This document shows, in pieces, positions 19,995-29,000 of a DNA stretch of 64,000 nucleotides. Under the pieces are notes generated by a model that had not been told where the DNA came from, made no database searches, and saw only the letters and a program-made list of their open reading frames with translations. This DNA comes from a candidate division WOR-3 bacterium (GTDB taxonomy: Bacteria; Hydrothermota; 32-111). Where the stretch lies: NCBI GenBank assembly GCA_039804105.1, contig JBDRZU010000002.1, positions 192,001 through 256,000 on the forward strand, in the 5' to 3' direction. Made by a program: the position numbers and the translations under genes. Numbering within the stretch: the first letter of the stretch is position 1; each line of letters begins with the position of its first letter.

Positions 19995-20593
19995 AAATAT
20001 TCTTTTTCCAAAAAATCTATAAACTTGCTTACAGCTTTCGCTCTGTGTGAGATCCGATTCTTTATGGATTCATCCAGTTGAGCAAAAGTTTTTTCAAAAC
20101 CATCAGGTATAAAAACCGGATCGTAACCAAAACCTTTATCTCCTTCTGGCCTATATGCGATCCTTCCATTGCATAAACCTTCAAACTGCTCCATAAAATC
20201 TGATGTTTTGAATGTTATCACAGTTTTAAAATACGCTCTTCTTTCATAATCCTCTTTAAATTTTTCCATCTTTTTCAATAACAACATATAGTTGTCTTGG
20301 TAGGAAGGATTCTTTCCAGCATACCTTGATGTGAAAACTCCAGGTTCGCCATTCAAGGATTCGACAAAAAGACCAGTATCCTCAGCAAAAGTGTCCAACT
20401 TTGTAAAGCAATATCCGTTTAAAACTTTAATGATAGAGTTTTCTTCAAGAGTTTTACCGGTCTCTTCAACTTCAGGATAATCTGGAAAATCTTCTATGTA
20501 AAGAACTTTTATTTTTTTAGAAGTTAAAATATACTCAATTTCTCTCTTTTTGTCAAGATTATGAGTTGCAAAAAAAATCTTCAACTCTCTCAT
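19985..20593 (-). CDS. rdgB: Non-canonical purine NTP pyrophosphatase (RdgB/HAM1)
   Basis: ATHNLDK, EDTGL, PGVFTSRYAG, FGYDPVF and SHR motifs. Confidence 0.95.
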   Translation of the reverse strand: MRELKIFFATHNLDKKREIEYILTSKKIKVLYIEDFPDYPEVEETGKTLEENSIIKVLNGYCFTKLDTFAEDTGLFVESLNGEPGVFTSRYAGKNPSYQDNYMLLLKKMEKFKEDYERRAYFKTVITFKTSDFMEQFEGLCNGRIAYRPEGDKGFGYDPVFIPDGFEKTFAQLDESIKNRISHRAKAVSKFIDFLEKEYFGA

Positions 20594-21009
20594 GGAATAA
20601 CTGTAAAAGCATCAGAGTATCCTTTATCCTTAACAAGATCTCTGAATCTGTCAGCATCCTCTTTTGTTTTAAAGTGTCCTATTCTGACTTTATAGTATGG
20701 TGGAATATACTCAACATAAACATCTTCTGCAAATTTCGTTTTAGCTTCATCTCTGACTTTATAAGCTTTTGCTTCATCGTAAGTTGCAAAAATCTGTACT
20801 TTGTACTCACTAACCTTTGTTTGCTGAGTAATAGGAGTTTCTGCTGGTTTTTCCTCTACAATTTCAAGTTGTGGTTGCTTAACTTTTGGTTCTTCCTCTA
20901 TAACAACCACTGATGGCTGCTGGGTTGGTTGTGTAGTTTTTGCTTTTTTTGTACATCCAGTAAAAATAAGAGAAGAAAATAGAACTAAAATGATCAACTT
21001 TTTTAACAT
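20590..21009 (-). CDS. SPOR-domain lipoprotein
   Basis: Lipobox FTGC, Q/P-rich linker, YKVQIFA...YYKVRIGHF...GYSDAF. Confidence 0.88.
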   Translation of the reverse strand: MLKKLIILVLFSSLIFTGCTKKAKTTQPTQQPSVVVIEEEPKVKQPQLEIVEEKPAETPITQQTKVSEYKVQIFATYDEAKAYKVRDEAKTKFAEDVYVEYIPPYYKVRIGHFKTKEDADRFRDLVKDKGYSDAFTVIP

Positions 21010-21020
21010 TTTAACCCTCC

Positions 21021-22091
21021 TTAAAGGTATTTTTTATATTTTTCATCTTTTTCAAGAATTTTTAGAAGATTTTTTATTTCCCCAGTTTCGTTCTTTTTAC
21101 ACACAAGTGTTTCATTTTCAGTTCGAACTATTATAAGATCAGATACACCTATAACAGTAACAAGTCCCGAATCAGAGATTATTATACTATTTTTTGAATT
21201 TAAAGAAACAACCTCCCCTTCAATTATATTTCCATCTTTATCCTTGTTTTTTATCCTTTCAAGTGCATTCCAATCACCAACATCATCCCAGTTAAACTGT
21301 GCTCTAACTATAACAATATTTTCTGCCTGTTCCATAACTCCAAAATCGATAGATGTTGCAGGAGAATTCTGATAGAGTTTTAAAATACTCTCTTTCTCAT
21401 CATCCTTTCCTATATGCTTTTCATATTCAATAAGTTCTTTATACATATCAGGTAAATATTTTTGGATACCTTCAAGAAGTGTTTCAGTTTTCCACAAAAA
21501 TATTCCACTGTTCCAGAGAGTATTGCCTTTTTTAAGGTATGAGATAGCTCTTTTCACATTCGGTTTTTCTTTGAAAGATTTTATTTTGTAAACTTTATCA
21601 TCGAGCAACGCTTCACCGAGTTCAATGTATCCATAACCTTCATCAGGTCTTGTTGGTGTTATACCAAAAGTTACAAGATTACCTTTCAAAGCGAACTCGT
21701 ATCCTATTTCTATGGTTTTCTGAAAATCCTTATCAGGGAAAATACTGTGATCAGCAGGACAAATGAGCATAACAGAGTTTTTGTCAATACTTCTTAACTT
21801 CATAGCTCCAAAACCTATAGCAAGTGCTGTGTTCTTTCCAAATGGCTCATAAAGTAAATTCTGTTTATTAAAAATTTCAAAAGAATCTATTGACTCTTTC
21901 AAAATTTCAGTACCTATGATAAATATTCTATCTTTTTCAATAAAGTTGTTCAACCTCAAAAACGTCTCTTCAAGCATAGTTTTTTTTGATATAACTGGAA
22001 GAAGTTGTTTAGGTTTTGTTTTCTTTGACCTTGGCCAAAACCTTTCTCCTCTTCCACCTGCAAGTATAACTGCATATAAATTCTTGTTCAT
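21021..22091 (-). CDS. manC: Mannose-1-phosphate guanylyltransferase
   Basis: ILAGGRGERFWP.S...PKQ, FKEKP, WNSGIF, SIDFGVME and WDDVGDW motifs. Confidence 0.92.
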   Translation of the reverse strand: MNKNLYAVILAGGRGERFWPRSKKTKPKQLLPVISKKTMLEETFLRLNNFIEKDRIFIIGTEILKESIDSFEIFNKQNLLYEPFGKNTALAIGFGAMKLRSIDKNSVMLICPADHSIFPDKDFQKTIEIGYEFALKGNLVTFGITPTRPDEGYGYIELGEALLDDKVYKIKSFKEKPNVKRAISYLKKGNTLWNSGIFLWKTETLLEGIQKYLPDMYKELIEYEKHIGKDDEKESILKLYQNSPATSIDFGVMEQAENIVIVRAQFNWDDVGDWNALERIKNKDKDGNIIEGEVVSLNSKNSIIISDSGLVTVIGVSDLIIVRTENETLVCKKNETGEIKNLLKILEKDEKYKKYL

Positions 22092-22113
22092 AAATTTTGT
22101 CCTGTTTTTCTCT

Positions 22114-22141
22114 ATTATATATATTTTACCTTTATAGTCAA
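22114..22141 (-). promoter_or_regulatory. sigma70-type promoter TTGACT-N16-TATAAT (manC-SPOR-rdgB-tRNA unit)
   Basis: Near-consensus hexamers. The -35 box overlaps the stop codon of the upstream cyclase gene. Confidence 0.65.
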
Positions 22142-25100
22142 TTATATTCGATTTTTCTTTTCATCATTTTGAATTCTAAAGATTCCGCTGATTCAATAAC
22201 TTTATTAGCAAACGAAAGAAAAAGTGTTTTGTATTCTAAATTTTTTGTTTCTTTAAACAAAAAATAGAACAATCTTGCTTTGTTTTCTAAATTTTCATTT
22301 TCGTCAACCATTTTTCTTAATCTTTTTTCAATATCCATTTCACCTTTTCTTAAAAGAAACAGATTATTATAAAGGTCGTATACGAATTTCTTTTCTTTAT
22401 CCTCTTGTTTTTCTAAATAATTTTCTAATTCTTTCAATTTGATCTCTAGATTTTCCATATCGCCAACCTCATAAAAATATTGAATAAGAAGAATAACAGA
22501 AGCGGCAATCTCATCGTCAAGATTCAGTTTCAAAGCCATATTATAACTTTTTTCAGCAAAATTTTTCATCTGATCAAGATCATCTTTGTAAAAGTTTATT
22601 TTTGACATTTCATAGAGAGCAAGATGTAAAGCCCAATAATTTTTTATCTCTTCAAAAATCGAAGCAGCTATTAAATAGTACTCCTGTGCTGTATCGAACT
22701 CTTCTAAAGCGGAATAGATGTTACCGATATTTCCAAGGTTTATCCCCATAAAATATTTGTTTCCAATCTCCTCATTAATCGTAAACGCTTCCTGATAACA
22801 TTTTAACGCTTCGTCATACTTTTTTTGGAAATAATAGATCATACCTATATTACTTATTGAAGCGGACATAGAATACCTATCACCCTGTTCTTTTGCAACA
22901 TTTAAAATTTCTTGAAAAATTTTAAGTGCTTTATCAAGTTCTCCTTTCCTCCACAACATCAAACCAAGATTTCCCATAGCATAGCACATCTCTCTTTTTT
23001 TATTGTTTTTTCTATCGTATTCAATTTTTTTGTTTAAAAGTTTTATCCCTTCATCATATTCACCAGTTTCAAAATAGTATAAAGCCATACTTCCCAAGAT
23101 ATCATGTTCCAACTGATCAAATTTTGCCTCTTTCGCTTTTTTTAAAGATTCTTTAAAATAAGCCAAGGATTTTTCATACTGATTCATATCATAATATATC
23201 TTACCTATATTTTTAATCGATCGAATCTCCTCCTTCAGGTTATTATTCTTCTTAAATATTTCATAAGCACGATTTGCATTTTCGAGAGCATTATCATAAT
23301 CGGATAACCTTATCTGTAATTCTATCATAACATTAAGATATTCTGCATATATTTCAGATTCTTTATCTTTGATGATTTTAAATATTTCATTTAAAAAATC
23401 TTCCTCTTGCTTGTATTGTGAAAGATAAAACAAACTATGAGCTATAAGAATACCTGTTTTTAATTTTTCGAAATTATCTTTTTGTATATTAAAAAGTTTT
23501 TGATTTAATCTTAAAGCATCCTCTTCCCTATACTCTTTTTTTGCGAATTCAGCTGCCTTTTTTAAATATTCTTCATATTTTTCATAGTTTTTACTCTTTT
23601 CATAATGAAAGGCAAGATCAGCAAAATAAACTGGATTATTCTTGTATTTTTCCTCTATCGATAAAGCAGCAAGTTTGTGTAATTCTATTAGATCTTCTTC
23701 TAGTTGCATCTCGTATGCAGCATCCTTGATAAGTGAATGCGAAAAAATATATTTCATCTCACCTGAAGGGTACCAGATATTTTGTTCTGTTCCCTCAACA
23801 AGTTCTACCTCAATATCTTTCATACCTGCCATTTTATTTAAAATTTCTATATCAAATTCTTTCCCCAACACGGATGCATGCTGGACCAATCTCTTCAATT
23901 TTTTACTTAACCGATCGAGACGTGCGATTATTATTGAGTTTATGCCTGAAAAAATATCTATATCAATTTTTTCAATATCAAAACCATTATTATCATATTT
24001 TATATAACCATTTTCATTCAAAAATAAAAGAATCTGTTCAAGAAAAAAAGGATTTCCTTCAGATTTGGTTTCAAGAAAATTTAAAAGTTTATCCTTTATC
24101 GGTCCTTTGAGTATAGTTTCCATCATCAGTTTCACATTTTCCCTTTCAAATCTTTGTAGTTGGAAAGATTTAGCATTTTTAAGATTGGAATACAAATTTT
24201 TTATCCTCTCATCATCCCTTGACAAAATTATTAAACCAAAAGGATAATCTGAGACATTTGTCATAAGTTCAGGAATGAATTTTAAAGATACTTCATCCAA
24301 CCATTGGGAATCATCAAAAATTAAAATTAAAGGCTTTAAAGAGGATTTAATTTTTACAAACTCTTTTATTGCGATCTTTATATTATCCAGAATTACTTTA
24401 TCATCATAATTTTTATTAAGATCGGTATCAAAACCCAAAAAACTTTTTAAAAAATTTTTTGTTCTTTTAAACTCTTCCACTGGAACATTTTTTTCGTTTT
24501 CAACTTTATTTAAAAGTTCATAAAAAACAGTTTCAAAATTTTTTTCATTCTGTTTGTTATTTTTATAAAAATCAATTTTAAAATTTTTAGCCAAAAATTT
24601 CCTGAACACTTCAAGAAAATCTTTAATTATCTCATCAGTTTGTTCCCAAAAAATATCAACATCGTTATCAAGCGATTTTAGTGACTCTTCCACAAACCTT
24701 GTTTTTCCGATACCTGCCTGTCCAAAAACAAAAAGAATTCCCATATTTTTATCTTTCCCTTTAAAGATCTCAGTTAATCTTTTTAACTCTTCTTCTCTTC
24801 CAATAAATCTGTTGATATATTTTTTTTCAAAAACAATTTTTTCACCAAGTTTAAATACTTGTCTTTCTCCAACAATACCTTTAAATTTAAAAAAACCTTT
24901 AGATTGAAGATCAAAATTCTTTTGTAACTTGTTCGCATAAACAGAATCACACCAAATTTCACCCCACAATGCCCTCATCGCAATCCTTGCAGCAAGGTTA
25001 ACAACCGATGATATTGATGTATAAGCATATTTTTTTTCACTTCCAATTTTTCCAAAATATACGCTTCCAAAAGTAATTCCTATCCTCACATCTTTCCCTA

Positions 25101-26004
25101 ACACGAAAACCAACTCTTTGACAAAATCAGATGATTTGCTGATATCGTTCTCAAAAGCTATTGGTGCACCAAAAATGATATAGCATAAAAGGCCTTTATC
25201 TGAATACTCAACCATACTTAAAAAACCACCATATTTTTCTTTTAGTTTTAAAAGATTTTCAACATAAAACCTAACATTTTTTTCATTTGAAGAATTTTTA
25301 AAATTTATAAATATAGAGATAACATTCCGAAATTCACCTTTAAGATCAGAACGATAAACTTCATCAACAAAAAAAGTATCATCATTTTGATAATCGTCTG
25401 TTTTTTCTTTGACACTGCATCTTTTTGGCGATACATGTAAAATTTTATAAAACTCCTCTTTTTTTTCAAATTTAGCAATTTCAACTAAATTCTCATAAGT
25501 TTTATTATCACACAAAATCTCATTCTCTTCACATATATCCTGCATTTTATGAATCTTTTTTATCGGACTCCCTTTCAAAAGAAAGATTTTCTTTTTTTCA
25601 CCTATGAAAAGAATTTTGAAACGACCTGAAACTATACTTATTTTAACAGAAAGTTTTATTTCTTCATTTGGTAGGCCAAAATTTTTATTTTCTATTTTTT
25701 TTATTATATTGTAAGCGGAAACTGCACAACAAAAATTTTTCTTACCATCAAAAACTGCAGTGAAAGCATCTCCTGCAAATGTTGTTACAAATCCATCGTT
25801 TTTGTATATTTCATCAATTATGTCGTTGTAAAAAAAGTTTATAATTTTTGAAAGTGTTTCTGCACCACTTTTACCAGATTTCATAAGGTTTTCTGTCAAA
25901 GAGGTAAAACCTTTAATATCAAGGAACAGAATCGATCCTTCAAAATTCTTTTCAAAATTGTTTTTATCATACCATTTTAAAATTTTTGATGGAACAGTTT
26001 CCAA
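22138..26004 (-). CDS. Tandem class III adenylyl cyclase + STAND P-loop NTPase + TPR protein (soluble-AC-like architecture)
   Basis: C1: FLDIKGFT, FAGDA. C2: SDKG, YTSIS..VNLAAR. NTPase: FIGREEE, GQAGIGKT, LIFDDSQWLD, GNPFF, ARLDRL. Many C-terminal TPR repeats. Confidence 0.9.
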   Translation of the reverse strand: METVPSKILKWYDKNNFEKNFEGSILFLDIKGFTSLTENLMKSGKSGAETLSKIINFFYNDIIDEIYKNDGFVTTFAGDAFTAVFDGKKNFCCAVSAYNIIKKIENKNFGLPNEEIKLSVKISIVSGRFKILFIGEKKKIFLLKGSPIKKIHKMQDICEENEILCDNKTYENLVEIAKFEKKEEFYKILHVSPKRCSVKEKTDDYQNDDTFFVDEVYRSDLKGEFRNVISIFINFKNSSNEKNVRFYVENLLKLKEKYGGFLSMVEYSDKGLLCYIIFGAPIAFENDISKSSDFVKELVFVLGKDVRIGITFGSVYFGKIGSEKKYAYTSISSVVNLAARIAMRALWGEIWCDSVYANKLQKNFDLQSKGFFKFKGIVGERQVFKLGEKIVFEKKYINRFIGREEELKRLTEIFKGKDKNMGILFVFGQAGIGKTRFVEESLKSLDNDVDIFWEQTDEIIKDFLEVFRKFLAKNFKIDFYKNNKQNEKNFETVFYELLNKVENEKNVPVEEFKRTKNFLKSFLGFDTDLNKNYDDKVILDNIKIAIKEFVKIKSSLKPLILIFDDSQWLDEVSLKFIPELMTNVSDYPFGLIILSRDDERIKNLYSNLKNAKSFQLQRFERENVKLMMETILKGPIKDKLLNFLETKSEGNPFFLEQILLFLNENGYIKYDNNGFDIEKIDIDIFSGINSIIIARLDRLSKKLKRLVQHASVLGKEFDIEILNKMAGMKDIEVELVEGTEQNIWYPSGEMKYIFSHSLIKDAAYEMQLEEDLIELHKLAALSIEEKYKNNPVYFADLAFHYEKSKNYEKYEEYLKKAAEFAKKEYREEDALRLNQKLFNIQKDNFEKLKTGILIAHSLFYLSQYKQEEDFLNEIFKIIKDKESEIYAEYLNVMIELQIRLSDYDNALENANRAYEIFKKNNNLKEEIRSIKNIGKIYYDMNQYEKSLAYFKESLKKAKEAKFDQLEHDILGSMALYYFETGEYDEGIKLLNKKIEYDRKNNKKREMCYAMGNLGLMLWRKGELDKALKIFQEILNVAKEQGDRYSMSASISNIGMIYYFQKKYDEALKCYQEAFTINEEIGNKYFMGINLGNIGNIYSALEEFDTAQEYYLIAASIFEEIKNYWALHLALYEMSKINFYKDDLDQMKNFAEKSYNMALKLNLDDEIAASVILLIQYFYEVGDMENLEIKLKELENYLEKQEDKEKKFVYDLYNNLFLLRKGEMDIEKRLRKMVDENENLENKARLFYFLFKETKNLEYKTLFLSFANKVIESAESLEFKMMKRKIEYN

Positions 26005-26031
26005 GATTCCTCCCTTTCATTCTATTTCTAT

Positions 26032-29000
26032 CTATTCTATTTCTATTATTTTTGAATCGGTATGTCCAAAAATTTCAGGATCATACATTTCAAAAACTGA
26101 GGCAGGTGGGACACCAAATCTTCCAGATACTGTTGCTTTGACAAAATATGTGAAAACATGTTCTCCTTCGTAAAGGTATATAGAACTTGTTAAAACTTTA
26201 TCCCTATAGAACTCTTCATGATAAAAATCCCCCCACCATGAATTTTTGAAATTAAAGCCTGCAAGGTTCAAGAATTCTGTTAGAAACTCCCTCTTTACTA
26301 TTTCAAAACCTGCAGGAATGTTGTCTTCAAGAACAACAAAAGTTCTTGGTTTATCTGTTGTAATTTTTAGTTTGATCTTATAGAATTCTCCCTTTTTGAA
26401 ACTTTTTACTGGTTCATCGTTAATATTTAAATATTCCCTTTCAATTGTAAAACCATTAAACAGTTTTTTTTCTATTTCTGTTTTTGTATATCTGTATTTT
26501 AATGTGTAATAAAATCTGCCTTTTCCTTTTTTTTCAAACTTTAATATATTGATACTATCGTTAAAATTCTTTCCCTCTAAAATATAAGTTGAACCATTAT
26601 CTCTTTTTCCCTTAAAACTCTTTTTATAAAATGTTTTATCATTAAACTTCAAAAATATTTTAAAATCTGTTGGTTCTTTTTCATATATTTTATAGTACTC
26701 GTTCAGAGCCTCAAGAACCAAAGATGTTGTATGTGTATTCAACCAGAATCCATTTTTTAAGTTTTTAAAAATATAGTTAACAACAAACTGTGCATATTCA
26801 TAATTACCTTCTGTTTTTAAAATTGAAGTAAGAAATGTTGCAGTTGCCTTTAAATTGTTGTTAAAAAACCACCAATCTGAAAATTTTTCCTCAAAGAAAA
26901 GATAATCTGATTCAAATTTTGCGTTTGATTTTATTTCAGATAGAAGAGTCTTTTGTTCATTTATTAAAGAATAATTTTTTAGTGTTTCAACCAATCTCGC
27001 CTTTTCTGCAAGATACAGTTTGTCTCTGTTGGTAAATATTTCCTTGATTTTCTCGCGATGGTTCAATCTTCCATATAATGATAAAACATAAAGAGAAAAT
27101 GCTTCCAATGAATATTTTGCATTTAAACTGTATCCCCATAAACTATTATGATTTTCTTCCAACAAACTCTCTAAATAGTTTAAACCTTTTTCTTTTACTT
27201 TGTCACTAATCATATACCCTTTAGCAATTGCATGATAGATAACATACATCGTATACACTGAAAGATACTCATTTTCATAAACATCACTTTCAAAATATTT
27301 GAAACCGCCATTCTCAGATTGAAAAGTTCCTATATCCTTTAAAATTGAAGCAACGAATTTTCGTAAAGTCGTTCCTTTCAATTCTGATAGACTATAAAGG
27401 TTTATAATATCCTCACCTACAATCAGTGGAAAAATTCTTGAAAGTTTTTGTTCCAAACACAGGTACTGATAATCTTTAAGATAATCAAATGGAAGAATCA
27501 TTCCACCTATTAAAGTAGAATTTAGATTTATTTTTATAGAACTTTTACTTTTGTTAACACCTTTTGAAACATTGAAATACTCTATCACTTCAGAACTATC
27601 AGAAGAAGAAAATAACGAAGAATACTCATAAAGATTATGGTTTATTATTGGCAGATTTAAAACCATTCCATCAGTTATCGAATCTTTCTCAACCTTTATA
27701 TATATTTTGGCACTATCTTCGAAAAGCACATTTCCTTTAAAATCCACTAAAATCTTTTGGTCTGAACCGTTAAATTTTTTGGTCTTCTCTAAAAATTCTA
27801 TCTCTTTTGAAAAAATCGTTGCTTTAACATCCCCCTTTTTGTTAGAATTATCAAGTACAACAAACGAAAAATCCACTTCATCAAAAGGTCTCAAGAATAA
27901 TGGGAAAGAAGGACTAACAATAATTTCTTTATCAACTCTTATACTTTTTTCTTTTATATTAAATTTTTCTTCATCAAAAGTAATACACACGATTCTGAAT
28001 TTTCCCATATTATCAGGTAACTTAAACTTTATTTTCAGATCTTTTCTATTCGAAAACTCAATATCCTTTTTGTAAAAAACAAGTGATTTAAAATCTTTTC
28101 TAAATTTTATATCCATTTCTTTTTCAAAATATTCTTCTGTTTTTATATCGGATGATACATCTAAATTTTCCGTGTACTTTTTATCTTTGTAAGATACAGA
28201 ACTCAACTCCTCTGAATGATACCCGTCCATCATCTTAGAACCATAATATCGAAAAATCGATGGAGGATAAAAATTGTCAGAGTTAACGAAACTCACATCG
28301 TTTGAATAATATGAATAAAAAATATTTAAAGGATCATTATAATTATAACCAGTTAACATGAGAACAGATTCATCAACAACAAAAAGAACAGCATTACACT
28401 TCTTTTTTTCATCCGTCTTGAGTTCAACTGTAACAGAATCACCAGGCGAATATTTTTCTCTATCTGTTAACATTTCAAACTTCAATCTTTTCGATTCACT
28501 TGAAACATCTATAAAATGTGTTGTTATCTTTGGATTGTTGTACAAAGAATCAGATTTTAAATTAAAAATTGAAAAGTAAAATCCTCCATAAAAATTTTCT
28601 TCAACAGGTATTTTCAAAAGCAGAGTATCATTATCTTTAAAAGAAAGATTGTCAAACTTAAAGATAGAATCTTTATTTATATAGTAGTAATGTTCAACAT
28701 CCTTATCATTTGAAGTGATTTTCAAAATCACTGTATCTCCAACATTATATTTATCTTTATTTTTTAAAACATGAATTCCACTATCATCGTCATCATAATA
28801 AAAAAATCCCTTATAAAACCTATCTACTATTCTGTCACCGTCATAAAGTAATTCCACTTTATAATATGAATTTTTTGGAAGTTTTATCCAGAAAGAATCA
28901 ACCTTCTGATCTGTAAAAAATTGAAAACTTTTTATTGTATCATGTAACGAATCGTTGTATGTAAAAGGTTTAAAAATATTCAAAATAATTTTTTCTCCTT

